The notes under the pieces are model-generated. The model was not told the DNA's origin. It ran no database searches and saw only the letters and a list, made by a program, of their open reading frames with translations. The translations under genes and the position numbers were made by a program. From an uncultured delta proteobacterium (GTDB lineage Bacteria; Desulfobacterota; Binatia; Binatales; Binataceae), in NCBI GenBank assembly GCA_963808235.1, contig CAWEEQ010000004.1:2816001-2880000 (forward strand): a stretch of 64,000 bases of DNA. Direction: 5' to 3'. Positions 1-9,310 of this stretch are shown piece by piece. Positions within the stretch are counted from its first letter, which is position 1; every line of letters begins with the position of its first letter.

Positions 1-583
1 CGATTTCCTGCAAGTTGAGCGTGCCGAAGGTCATCACGATGGAGACGATCGCGAGCCCCATCGCGAGTTCATAAGAGATCATCTGCGCCGTCGCGCGGAT
101 TCCGCCGAGCAGCGCCCAGCGATTATTCGAGGCCCATCCCGCTATCGCCACGCCGTACACACCCAGCCCGAGCGTCGCGAGCAGGTAGAGCGCGCCGGCA
201 TTCAAGTTGGTCGCCTGCAGATCGATCTTGTGGCCGGCGATCGAAATCGTGTCGCCAAACGGGATGATGACGAACGTGATCATCACTGGGAACAGCGCGA
301 GGAACGGCGCCAGCGTATGCAGGAATTTATCCGCGCCGTCGGGAATGAAATCTTCCTTGGTGAAAAGTTTCACCGGGTCGGCGATTAGCGTGTTGATGAT
401 TCCCAGGTTCGGCATCCCGAGCCGTTTGCCGATACCGGTGATCGTCGCGCGATTCGATCCGATTCGATCCTGGATGAGCGCGCTTCCCTTGCGCTCGAAA
501 TAGAGCAGGAAGATCGCCAGGTTCAATCCGACCAGGATCATGATGACCGCTTTGATCGCGCCGGCGATTAGATCAACTGTCAC
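1..583 (-). CDS. nuoH: NADH-quinone oxidoreductase subunit H (5' part; runs off window start)
   Basis: Manual translation from GTG 583 gives ...FLLYFERKGSALIQDRIGSNRA...ADPVKLFTKEDFIP...GWASNNRWALLGGIRATAQMISYE, which are NuoH motifs. Start overlaps the nuoE stop. Confidence 0.93.
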   Translation of the reverse strand, partial: MTVDLIAGAIKAVIMILVGLNLAIFLLYFERKGSALIQDRIGSNRATITGIGKRLGMPNLGIINTLIADPVKLFTKEDFIPDGADKFLHTLAPFLALFPVMITFVIIPFGDTISIAGHKIDLQATNLNAGALYLLATLGLGVYGVAIAGWASNNRWALLGGIRATAQMISYELAMGLAIVSIVMTFGTLNLQEI

Positions 584-1076
584 GGGCGGCAAGCTCGTCG
601 ATAAGTTTGAGAGTGCTTTCTTCGGTCAAATTTTCGATGTACGCGTCCTGGTTCAACTGGAGCATCGGCGCCGTGCCGCACGAGGCCAGGCACTCGACCG
701 AGCCGAGCGTGAACTTGCCGTCGGGAGTCGTCTCGCCAATCTCGATTTTGAGTTTGCGCCGGATGCAATCCACGATTTTGTCGGCGCCGCGCAATCGGCA
801 CGAGAGGTTGGTGCATACGTCGAGGATGTAGCGGCCAACCGGTCGTCGATGGAACATCGTGTAGAATGAAACCACTGCCCGCACATGCGCCGGTGGCAAT
901 TCCATCAGCCGCGCGACGTAGTCCTGGGTCGCGTCGCTCAGCCATCCGAACTCACGCTGCGCGATCCAGAGCGTCGGCAGCAGCGCCGCCTGGCGAGTCG
1001 GATAACGGCTCAGCAGCTCCTGGTACTCGGCTAACGCCGACTGCGAAAATTTGGGGCTCTCGTGGTTCTCAGGCAT
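573..1076 (-). CDS. nuoE: NADH-quinone oxidoreductase subunit E (2Fe-2S)
   Basis: ALLPTLWIAQREFGWLS, VVSFYTMF, CTNLSC and VECLASCGTAP motifs. Start placed at ATG 1076. Confidence 0.93.
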   Translation of the reverse strand: MPENHESPKFSQSALAEYQELLSRYPTRQAALLPTLWIAQREFGWLSDATQDYVARLMELPPAHVRAVVSFYTMFHRRPVGRYILDVCTNLSCRLRGADKIVDCIRRKLKIEIGETTPDGKFTLGSVECLASCGTAPMLQLNQDAYIENLTEESTLKLIDELAARDS

Positions 1077-1298
1077 GGCAGGTATTACGGAACCTTTAGG
1101 GCCGAAAGTTCGGGAATCTAATGATTGGTAGCGAAAATTTAAGACTCGCGCCAGAGGCGAACGGAGACACGCAAGCTTGACCGCGAACTTGCGGGTGCGC
1201 ACGGAACGGGTTATCTAATCGTGGCGATCGCGTCGGCGATTGCGGACACGATTTTACGGTTTCGACTCCGGAGAACCCTCAAAGAGACTGGCGACACG

Positions 1299-1877
1299 AT
1301 GCGAATTATTGCGGGAGAGGCGCACGGACGGCGGCTTAAAGCGCCGCGCGGCCTGCACACGCGGCCGACTTCGGCGCGAGCGCGCGAATCGATCTTCTCG
1401 CGACTGGCGGTGCGGATGGATTTCACCGGCGTCCGCGTACTCGACATTTTCGCCGGCAGCGGCTCACTCGGAATCGAATCGCTCTCGCGCGGCGCTGCGC
1501 ATGTGACGTTTGTGGATTCATCGCGCGATGCCGCGACCGCAATTCGCGCTAATCTGGCCGCGCTTGGGTTTGCCGATCACGCCCGCCTGATCGTATCCGA
1601 CGTGCGGCGCGCACTTGGCAGTCTCGGCGGATTGCACGAGACGTTCGACCTCGTTTTCGTCGATGCGCCCTTCAAGGACGACATCAGCGCGCAGGTTCTG
1701 ACTCTGCTAGGCAGTTTCGAACTGCTCGCGCCCAACGGATGGGTAGTTGTGGAGCAATCCAAGCGCGCGCCCGAAGCGCCGGACGCTCCGCCCGGCCACG
1801 AACGCACACTGATTGCAACGATCGGCGATCATCGGATCGCATATTATCGGCGGCCTGCCGCGCCGGAAAACAATTGA
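1299..1877 (+). CDS. rsmD: 16S rRNA m2G966 methyltransferase
   Basis: MRIIAGEAHGRRL, RPT, VLDIFAGSGSLGIESLSRGA. Lies upstream of coaD as is usual. Confidence 0.93.
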   Translation: MRIIAGEAHGRRLKAPRGLHTRPTSARARESIFSRLAVRMDFTGVRVLDIFAGSGSLGIESLSRGAAHVTFVDSSRDAATAIRANLAALGFADHARLIVSDVRRALGSLGGLHETFDLVFVDAPFKDDISAQVLTLLGSFELLAPNGWVVVEQSKRAPEAPDAPPGHERTLIATIGDHRIAYYRRPAAPENN

Positions 1878-1890
1878 CGGCCAAAACGAG

Positions 1891-2406
1891 ATGACCAACA
1901 AAGCCAAAGAGCGCAGTCCGCTGCTCGCGGTTTATCCCGGCAGCTTCGATCCGATTCACAACGGCCACGTCGATGTGATCCGGCGCAGCGTCGCGATCTT
2001 CGACGAAGTGATCGTCGCCGTCACCTACAATCCGCACAAGGAAGGCGCGCTCTTCACCGGCGACGAGCGCGTCGAAATGATCCGCGAGGTCATCCGCGAC
2101 CTCGAACCGCGCGCCCGGGTCGATAAATTCAGCGGACTGTCGGTGGATTACGCGGAACGAATCGGCGCCAAGGTGCTGATCCGATCTTTGCGCGCGGTTA
2201 CCGATTTCGACTATGAGCTGCAGATGGCCCAGATGAACAAGCAGATGAGCCCCGGCGTCGAGACGGTCTTCATGTTCTCGAATCCGCGCCTGTTTTTCAG
2301 CTCCTCGCACCTCATCAAAGAAGTCGCCGGCTACGGCAAGCGGCTCCCGGAGCTGGTCCCCGAGCTCGTCATCGAACGCCTGCGCGCAAAACTGAAAGTC
2401 CGCTAA
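1891..2406 (+). CDS. coaD: Phosphopantetheine adenylyltransferase
   Basis: AVYPGSFDPIHNGH, RAVTDFDYELQMA. Confidence 0.96.
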   Translation: MTNKAKERSPLLAVYPGSFDPIHNGHVDVIRRSVAIFDEVIVAVTYNPHKEGALFTGDERVEMIREVIRDLEPRARVDKFSGLSVDYAERIGAKVLIRSLRAVTDFDYELQMAQMNKQMSPGVETVFMFSNPRLFFSSSHLIKEVAGYGKRLPELVPELVIERLRAKLKVR

Positions 2407-2533
2407 CGCCGGCTCGTCCGCCTTGCATCGGGACTTTTTTCGCGGGCGGTTCTTTCAAACCGTAGGTCAAGATACAATCTCGTCGACCGCATTCACGAAC
2501 TGATGATTTCGATTTTGATTTTGGATTTTAATC

Positions 2534-3733
2534 ATGCAGAAGCTTAACCGCAGAATTTCCGCTATCAAGCCATCCGCAACCCTCGCCGCCGACGCGCGCG
2601 CGACCGAAATGAAGCTCGCCGGTGTCGATGTGATCTCGCTCGCGGCTGGTGAGCCGGATTTCGACACCCCCGAACGAATCAAGCAGGCCGCGAGCAAGGC
2701 GCTGGCGGCAGGCCAGACCAAGTACACCGCCGTCGGCGGAACCGCGGCGCTGAAGAACGCAATCAAGCTGAAGCTCAAGCGCGACAACCAGCTCGATTAC
2801 GAAGCGGGCGAAATTATCGCGTCGGCTGGCGCCAAGCAGGCTGAGGCCAACGTTATCAACGCGCTGTTCGACGAGGGCGACGAGGTGATCATCCCGACCC
2901 CCGCGTGGGTGAGTTTCGCCGCGATGGTCTCGCTGTCCGGCGCCGAGCCGAAATTCGTGCCGTGTCCCGAAGCGACCGGTTTTATGCTCGAGCCCGACGC
3001 ACTGCGCCGCGCGATTACGCCGCGCACTCGCGGAATCATGCTCAACTCGCCGTCGAATCCAACCGGCGCGGTCTATGGCGCCGAACAACTCTCCGCAATC
3101 GCAAGCGTGCTGGTCGACGCAAACATCTGGGTGATGTCCGACGACGTTTACGAACACATCGTGTATGCGGGATTCGCGCCGCACATCTTCCATCTAGAGC
3201 CGCGCCTCAAAGCAAAAGGAATCGTATTCAACTCGCTATCCAAAACCTACGCGATGACGGGATGGCGAATCGGATTTGCCGCGGGTCCGAAAGAGGCGAT
3301 CGCAGCCGCCGGCCGCTTGCAGAGCCAGAACAGCGGCAATCCCAATTCGATCGCGCAGGCCGCCGCGATCGAGGCGCTGACCGGCCCGCAGGACGAGCTC
3401 AAGCCGATGCTCGAGGCATTTCGCAAGCGCAACGCCCTGGTAGTCGAGCGCCTGCGCCGGATTCCCGGCTTCAAGCTGCCCAACGTGCCGCAAGGCGCCT
3501 TCTATGCCTTCCCCAACGTCTCCGAATTGCTCGGCAGCACCTTCAACGGCAAACCGATCGATGATGGCGACGCGCTAGCCGCTTATCTATTAGATGAGGC
3601 CCACGTCTCCCTGGTCGGCGGCAACGATTTCGGCGCCCCCAACCACGTAAGAATCTCCTACGCAACCTCAACCGAAAACCTGAACGAAGCCTTCGACCGA
3701 ATCGAGCGCGCCGTAGCAAAGCTCAAGCGCTAG
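2534..3733 (+). CDS. aspC: Class I/II PLP aminotransferase (aspartate aminotransferase type)
   Basis: GEPDFDTP, NSPSNPTG, SKTYAMTGWRIG (PLP Lys). Confidence 0.9.
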   Translation: MQKLNRRISAIKPSATLAADARATEMKLAGVDVISLAAGEPDFDTPERIKQAASKALAAGQTKYTAVGGTAALKNAIKLKLKRDNQLDYEAGEIIASAGAKQAEANVINALFDEGDEVIIPTPAWVSFAAMVSLSGAEPKFVPCPEATGFMLEPDALRRAITPRTRGIMLNSPSNPTGAVYGAEQLSAIASVLVDANIWVMSDDVYEHIVYAGFAPHIFHLEPRLKAKGIVFNSLSKTYAMTGWRIGFAAGPKEAIAAAGRLQSQNSGNPNSIAQAAAIEALTGPQDELKPMLEAFRKRNALVVERLRRIPGFKLPNVPQGAFYAFPNVSELLGSTFNGKPIDDGDALAAYLLDEAHVSLVGGNDFGAPNHVRISYATSTENLNEAFDRIERAVAKLKR

Positions 3734-3851
3734 CGTTTTTAACTGGTTTCGCGCGCCGATGTCGCGCTCTGCGCACCTTGCGACTCTCGCGCGTCATCCG
3801 CGCGGCATTCATGTCGCCTCGCGGGTGAAGGCGCACGCGACAAGCACTATG

Positions 3852-4283
3852 TCAGCGAACCCGCCACGGGGCCGGCAACTCCCCACTCTCGAGCCAGCGC
3901 GCATAGTCGGCAAGAATCTCCGCATGATCGAACGCCAGCGGAGCGGGCGGAGTGCGAGGATCGAACAGCGCCACTGTCTTGGCATCGTCCGCAGCGCGCG
4001 GCGTCCCCGACGCGCGCGCAACATACACAACCGTAATCGTGTGTCCCCGAGGATCCCGATCAGGCCGCGAATAGACGCCGAGCATCGCGCGAATTTCCAC
4101 CGCCAGCGAAATCTCCTCGCGCGCCTCGCGAACCGCCGCATCCTCGACCGTCTCGCCAAAATCGACGAAGCCACCGGGAATCGCCCACCCATGCGGAAAA
4201 TTCTTACGCTCGATCAAAACGATCTTATCGCCAATCTCCGCGATAATGTCGGCGGCGATCGGCGGGCATTGCGGACGCGGCAT
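3852..4283 (-). CDS. NUDIX hydrolase
   Basis: Nudix box [21 protein letters not shown]; [10 protein letters not shown]; AFDH. Confidence 0.93.
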   Translation of the reverse strand: MPRPQCPPIAADIIAEIGDKIVLIERKNFPHGWAIPGGFVDFGETVEDAAVREAREEISLAVEIRAMLGVYSRPDRDPRGHTITVVYVARASGTPRAADDAKTVALFDPRTPPAPLAFDHAEILADYARWLESGELPAPWRVR

Positions 4284-4345
4284 GTTCCTAATCTAACACG
4301 CGCGCACGCCGCACGCCGACAAGCGCGGAAAGAAATGGAGACGAA
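4275..4345 (-). repeat. Promoter/start repeat copy 1 (native NUDIX promoter, TGtTAGATT-aggaac-ATG)
   Basis: acgcggcatgttcctaatctaacacgc..cacgccgc.cgccgacaagcgcg recurs at 7405 and 10571. Confidence 0.9.
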
Positions 4346-4347
4346 TT

Positions 4348-4383
4348 GATCAATCGCGGAAAACGCGAGCGCCTCCCGTTTTG
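4348..4383. repeat. Left direct repeat of island
   Basis: gatcaatcgcggaaaacgcgagcgcctcccgttttg versus gatcaagcgcggagaacgcgagcgcctcccttttg at 13837-13871 (2 substitutions, 1 gap). Confidence 0.8.
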
Positions 4384-4576
4384 TCCAGCCCAGCGCTTGG
4401 GACACCGCTGCTGCCGGAAGGCGCGGCGATGGCGTTGCCCGGCGGGCCGCCGCCGGAACCGTTACTGCTGGTCTGGCCCTGCTCAGACAATGAGCGCACG
4501 AGCTGCGGACTGTAGAATTGGCCGCCGCCGCTATAGTACAGCGGCCCCGGATCGCCAGGTTCCTTCTCGCGGCCCT
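4384..4576 (-). pseudogene. Rhs-core remnant (cassette E)
   Basis: GREKEPGDPGPLYYSGGGQFYSPQLVRSLSEQGQTSSNGSGGGP is near-identical to the other cassettes. Truncated on both sides. Confidence 0.85.
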
Positions 4577-4673
4577 CGCGCATCGCAAACAATAGTCGGC
4601 ACAACAAGAACAAGGGCGACTGGTTAGCTCGATGAGCCGGTGATGGTATCCGCACCGACTGCCCGCGCCGCCA

Positions 4674-4943
4674 TCAGCGGCGACGACTTGGCCGCCGCCC
4701 AAAAGGATTCCGCAAGCGCCATCCGACCGCCGCCAAGGCTCGAAATATCCACCAGGCCAGGCGGAGGTGCCCTTGCCCGGGATGGTTGCTCACGATTTCA
4801 AGCGATTTTTCAATACACTCATCGCATATCGTGCTTCCTCCATCCGCACGAATGATCACCACGACATCCTGTTCTGAGTTCCCGCAGAAGCTACACCGCA
4901 TTTGAGAAGTGGAGCCATCTGGTTCGGTCGATGTTTGCTTCAT
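4674..4943 (-). CDS. Small protein with ClpX-type C4 zinc-finger, in the immunity position of cassette D
   Basis: CSFCGNSEQDVVVIIRADGGSTICDECI; starts 4 nt after the cassette D stop. Confidence 0.65.
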   Translation of the reverse strand: MKQTSTEPDGSTSQMRCSFCGNSEQDVVVIIRADGGSTICDECIEKSLEIVSNHPGQGHLRLAWWIFRALAAVGWRLRNPFGRRPSRRR

Positions 4944-4947
4944 CACT

Positions 4948-5930
4948 CTAATTCTGTGGCTCAGGTCCGCACACTTGTGGCCTCGGACCGGTCAGGAAGT
5001 GCTCATCGAACATAGCGCAAAGCGCTGAAATAGTAATGACGACAGGCCCAATATCCGTGATTATTCCGGCTGCTGGAGGAAAAAAGGGTCGCCTCCGGCA
5101 TTTGTTCAGGTTGTATACCTTCCCCTTTCCCATCGGTTCTCCCAGATGATCCGGCCGCTGATAGTATTCTGGCTTGTTCTTATCGTACGGAACAACCTTG
5201 TCGGCTGCCAAGACGACCTCACCCGAAACTTCTTCCAGGGGCTTGATGTTTCCTGGCGGCCCCGCTGGGGCGAATCCAAGTTGCTGCGAAGGCAAGTCCA
5301 GTACGGGCGAGCCCTCCGTCGGAATCAGATCCTCGGAGACGCCTATGATTTTCGGATACAGCGGGTGGCGGCGGGAGAGCAACTGGCGCGGAGTTTCAGA
5401 CGAACTGCCGCCGCCGAAAATATCCTCGAAAAAGTTCACCACAAAATCGACTGCGCCACCGATGATCGCCAGCGGCGGTGCAAGGGCTATCGCCACCTCG
5501 GGGTTGCCAAGGGCGAGTCCGAGCACCCAGGCACCCGCGTATATATCCGTACCCACTTGAAGCGCTTGCTGCGTGTCATTGTAGACGCTCTGCGGCGATA
5601 AACCGCCACTCGAACCCGATGGAGGCGAGATCGCCCTTCCCGCCGGGCCGCCGCCGGAACCGTTACTGCTGGTCTGACCCTGCTCCGACAACGAGCGCAC
5701 CAACTGCGGACTGTAGAACTGGCCACCGCCGCTATAGTACAGCGGCCCCGGATCGCTAGGTTCCTTCTCGCGGCCCTGGTACAGGAACGGCCAAGTGTTC
5801 CCCGCGGGGTTCTCGGTCGGATTCCCCGACGGATCATAGGTGTAGGTCGTCGTCGGCTGAGACTGGGTCGAGGTTGAACTCACCAGCGCGATGGTCGAGC
5901 CGGACGCATCGATCAGCGGCACCCAAGGTG
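4948..5930 (-). pseudogene. Orphan Rhs core + variable tip (cassette D), N-terminally truncated
   Basis: WVPLIDASGSTIALV...TTYTYDPSGNP...WPFLYQGRE followed by a unique C-terminus. Homology to cassette A begins at ~5930 with no convincing start. Confidence 0.8.
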
Positions 5931-6076
5931 CCCCGATTGCCAAGCCCTGCGTACGAACCCGCCATGGCCCGCCGCCGGGACAGGCCCCTGATCGGTTAGT
6001 CCAGCCAATCATCATAGAGGATATGAGATCGCAGAGAATGCGAGCACTTAGAGCACCAGAGGGTAGTGACGTGCAT

Positions 6077-6532
6077 TCACGTACCAGAGGCTCCTCCTGA
6101 AGAGCGCGACCGTTCGTTTTGGCGACGAGAGGCCATTCTGAGTCTGACTACCACCCACACCCAGAAACCTGCAAACCAGACTACAATCGCCACGGCTGTC
6201 ACATATGCAGACGTCCAAAATAATTTCCCGGCAGTATCGACCTCGATTTCGACGACAAAGATGCCGATCGCGGCCAAGACACTGCCAGTACCGACCGACC
6301 ACACTATCAGGTGGCGCAAAACTGGCCCCCACTCGGGCCCACGGGCTACTGAAAGCGCGATGGGTATTGAGATACCTACTAAGACGAGAACTTCTACTAG
6401 TGACGCCAGAGCCTTGGGCCAGCCCTGCGGCGCGGCCAGTTCGTATCGGGAACACATGAAGGCGATCGCCATGATTGCAAATCCCAGTGATACAGAGAAA
6501 AAAAGTCGCAACCAATATCGCCTATTGACCAC
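6077..6532 (-). CDS. Putative immunity protein (about 4 TM) of cassette C
   Basis: Hydrophobic ORF whose GTG overlaps the end of the cassette C tip. Confidence 0.65.
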   Translation of the reverse strand: MVNRRYWLRLFFSVSLGFAIMAIAFMCSRYELAAPQGWPKALASLVEVLVLVGISIPIALSVARGPEWGPVLRHLIVWSVGTGSVLAAIGIFVVEIEVDTAGKLFWTSAYVTAVAIVVWFAGFWVWVVVRLRMASRRQNERSRSSGGASGT

Positions 6533-7411
6533 AGCTTCGCTCCAGCTCCTTGAATTCGGTGGCACACTGGTTGATCAGCAGCACCTCTGAGGCAGCTGTC
6601 GGCGGACCCATTGTTGCGCCGACAATAACAGCGCACGTTCCAGCCGAAGCGGGCCCTGCCGGGAACTCGCCAGCGGTGGCGCACGCTTCTAGCCCGATCC
6701 CCAGACCGCTACCCACCTCGGCAAAATGGAGTCCACATCTGAGAGTCAACTCGACTTCCTCAGCTGCGCAGATGGCTTGACGCGACGATTGCTGCTTGTT
6801 CTCAGCCTTCTGCAGGGGAGGCGTGCGGCAGGGCTGCGGGTCTCCGCAGAATTCCGGCTTCCCCGATGGCGCTCCGTCGGAATCAGACCCTCGGAGACGC
6901 CTATGATTTTCGGATACAGCGGGTGGCGGCGGGAGAGCAACTGGCGCGGAGTTTCAGACGAACTGCCGCCAAAGATATCCTCGAAAAAGTTCACCAGAAA
7001 ATCGATTGCGCCACCGATAAGAGCCAGCGGCGCCACGAAGGGTGGTGCCTCTGGTCCCAGAAAGTATGCGAGCAGGCTGGCGCCCAGATATATATCCGTA
7101 CCCACTTGAAGCGCCTGCTGCGTGTCATTATAGACGCTCTGCGGCGATAAACCGCCGCTCGAACCCGATGGAGGTGAGATCGCCCTTCCCGGCGGGCCGC
7201 CGCCGGAACCGTTACTGCTGGTCTGGCCCTGCTCCGACAATGAGCGCACGAGCTGCGGACTGTAGAATTGGCCGCCGCCGCTATAGTACAGCGGCCCCGG
7301 ATCGCTAGGTTCCTTCTCGCGGCCCTGGTACAGGAACGGCCAACTGTTCGAGCTGCCGTTCACCGTAGGATTCCCGGACGGATCGTATGTGTAGGTCGTC
7401 GCCGGCGGCAT
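6522..7411 (-). pseudogene. Rhs core + Cys-rich tip (cassette C), 1-nt deletion at ~6872
   Basis: Starts at the duplicated ATG (MPPATTYTYD). Restoring one base gives IPTEAPSGKPEFCGDPQPC and continues into ORF 6522-6749. Confidence 0.8.
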
Positions 7412-7473
7412 GTTCCTAATCTAACACGCACGCACGCCGCGCGCCGACAAGCGCGCGACGAATCGGAGACGAA
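7405..7473 (-). repeat. Promoter/start repeat copy 2
   Basis: gcggcatgttcctaatctaacacgcacgcacgccgcgcgccgacaagcgcg...ggagacgaa; supplies the ATG at 7411. Confidence 0.9.
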
Positions 7474-7648
7474 CTACGCGCCGAGTCTGCGATGACTCAG
7501 CGCCCGCATTCAGATGTTTCACGATATTTTGCAGTTTCCGCATCATGTCAACAAGCGAATTTGCGCATCTGAAGGCGAGATAAAAATTCGTCTTTTGCTT
7601 AGCGCGCGATGTCGTTGTCGCGGATGCTGGCGGCATAGCCGCTGCTCG

Positions 7649-8065
7649 TTACTGGCCAGCGCTTGGGCTATGTCGGCGTCCATGGCGCGCGATGCCCACC
7701 ATTCCAAGGGTTACGGCCATCGGAAAGGCGATGCCACTTACCACGAAGAGATAGAGTGGCATCATCGCACCAGGCCACAGCGCTAACACGATCGAGCCGA
7801 GCCCTGCGCTGGCACAGCCAACAACCGGGCCAAGTACCACTGCTAACCGAGCTCTCGGTGAGAGATCGGGCCTTAGCACAAGCGCCCTGATAGACAAAGC
7901 AGTCATCCCGAACAGGCCAAATCCCAGAGCGAGCTGCAGGAACTTCGGCAGAGCAGCATGGGCTCCAGCGACATGCCACGCGAAGAGTGACAATACCAAA
8001 ACGAAAGAGGCTGCCACGAACAGTAGGAGGAGCCAAGACTTCGGTGAATGCTTAACGGGGCTCAT
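7649..8065 (-). CDS. Putative immunity protein (about 4 TM) of cassette B
   Basis: Hydrophobic ORF; its ATG overlaps the corrected cassette B stop (TGATG at 8067-8063). Confidence 0.7.
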   Translation of the reverse strand: MSPVKHSPKSWLLLLFVAASFVLVLSLFAWHVAGAHAALPKFLQLALGFGLFGMTALSIRALVLRPDLSPRARLAVVLGPVVGCASAGLGSIVLALWPGAMMPLYLFVVSGIAFPMAVTLGMVGIARHGRRHSPSAGQ

Positions 8066-8901
8066 CACTTGCAGCTCTGGTAATAGTTATAGAAGCACCC
8101 GGTTTCGCCGATCTTTTTGGGAATCTCCATCGCGAGTGCACCGGTACAAGCCAAGGGGCCGAACTCCTCAGAACCAAATTCGCACGCATAGATAGCCACG
8201 CTTTCCGGAATGTCTGGAGCTGCTTCCAGGACCCCGAGGCATTTCCGGAGTTCTCCGCGCGCCTGTTGGCACTTCTGACTTTTCTGCTGTTGTGGATTCC
8301 CAGGGGTTTCCTTCCGCAGGGGAGGCGTGCCGCAGGGTTGAGGGTCTCCGCAGAATTCTGGCTTCCCCGATGGCGCTCCGTCGGAATCAGACCCTCGGAG
8401 ACGCCTATGATTTTCGGATACAGCGGGTGGCGGCGGGAGAGCAACTGGCGCGGAGTTTCAGACGAACTGCCGCCGCCGAAAATATCCTCGAAAAAGTTCA
8501 CCACAAAATCGACTGCGCCACCGATGATCGCCAGCGGCGGTGCAAGGGCTATCGCCACCTCGGGGTTGCCAAGGGCGAGTCCGAGCACCCAGGCACCCGC
8601 GTATATATCCGTACCCACTTGAAGCGCCTGCTGCGTGTCATTATAGACGCTCTGCGGCGATAAACCGCCGCTCGAACCCGATGGAGGTGAGATCGCCCTT
8701 CCCGACGGGCCGCCGCCGGAACCGTTACTGCTGGTCTGGCCCTGCTCCGACAATGAGCGCACGAGCTGCGGACTGTAGAATTGGCCGCCGCCGCTATAGT
8801 ACAGCGGCCCCGGATCGCTAGTTTCCTTCTCGCGGCCCTGGTACAGGAACGGCCAACTGTTCGAGCTGCCGTTCACCGTAGGATTCCCGGCTGGATCATA
8901 A
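8065..8901 (-). pseudogene. Orphan Rhs core + Cys-rich tip (cassette B), truncated, 1-nt deletion at ~8376
   Basis: YDPAGNPTVNG... begins just after the stop of the previous gene. The corrected tip ends ...GETGCFYNYYQSCK*. Confidence 0.8.
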
Positions 8902-8904
8902 GCC

Positions 8905-9300
8905 CTAAGCTCTGAGCGCCCTATATGCCGACCCTCCGGAGTAGCACATAAGCGCAACCGCTGGGCCAAATAGAGAAAATAACACAAAGTAGCTGGCTCG
9001 CTCCATGGTCACGAAAACCAGCAGAGCCAGCAATGCCTGCCAAATCGTTAAGCATTGCACCTGTCTTCTCACCGCCATGGAGCGCCTGATCTGCTCCGGA
9101 AAATCGGTCCAACTGATGGCGAACAGAAGTACCGCGTTCGAAAACAGGACGACGTCCCAGCGAAGCACGGGGGTAGCGGCTTGAAGCCAGTTCGACCCCA
9201 GAACAAAGATGCAAGCTATTACTCCAACTATGCTGGCTAGGAGGAACGCCGAAAGGCCGACGGCAAGCAGCTTTTCTGACTTAGGACTGAGTGTTAACAT
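8905..9300 (-). CDS. Putative immunity protein (about 4 TM) of cassette A
   Basis: MLTLSPKSEKLLAVG..., hydrophobic, starts 10 nt after the cassette A stop. Confidence 0.7.
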   Translation of the reverse strand: MLTLSPKSEKLLAVGLSAFLLASIVGVIACIFVLGSNWLQAATPVLRWDVVLFSNAVLLFAISWTDFPEQIRRSMAVRRQVQCLTIWQALLALLVFVTMERASYFVLFSLFGPAVALMCYSGGSAYRALRA

Positions 9301-9310
9301 CTTTGGTCTT

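Noticed and set aside
7421-7636. 71-aa ORF between cassette blocks
   Set aside because: No recognisable motif, and it runs into the promoter repeat; unsupported.
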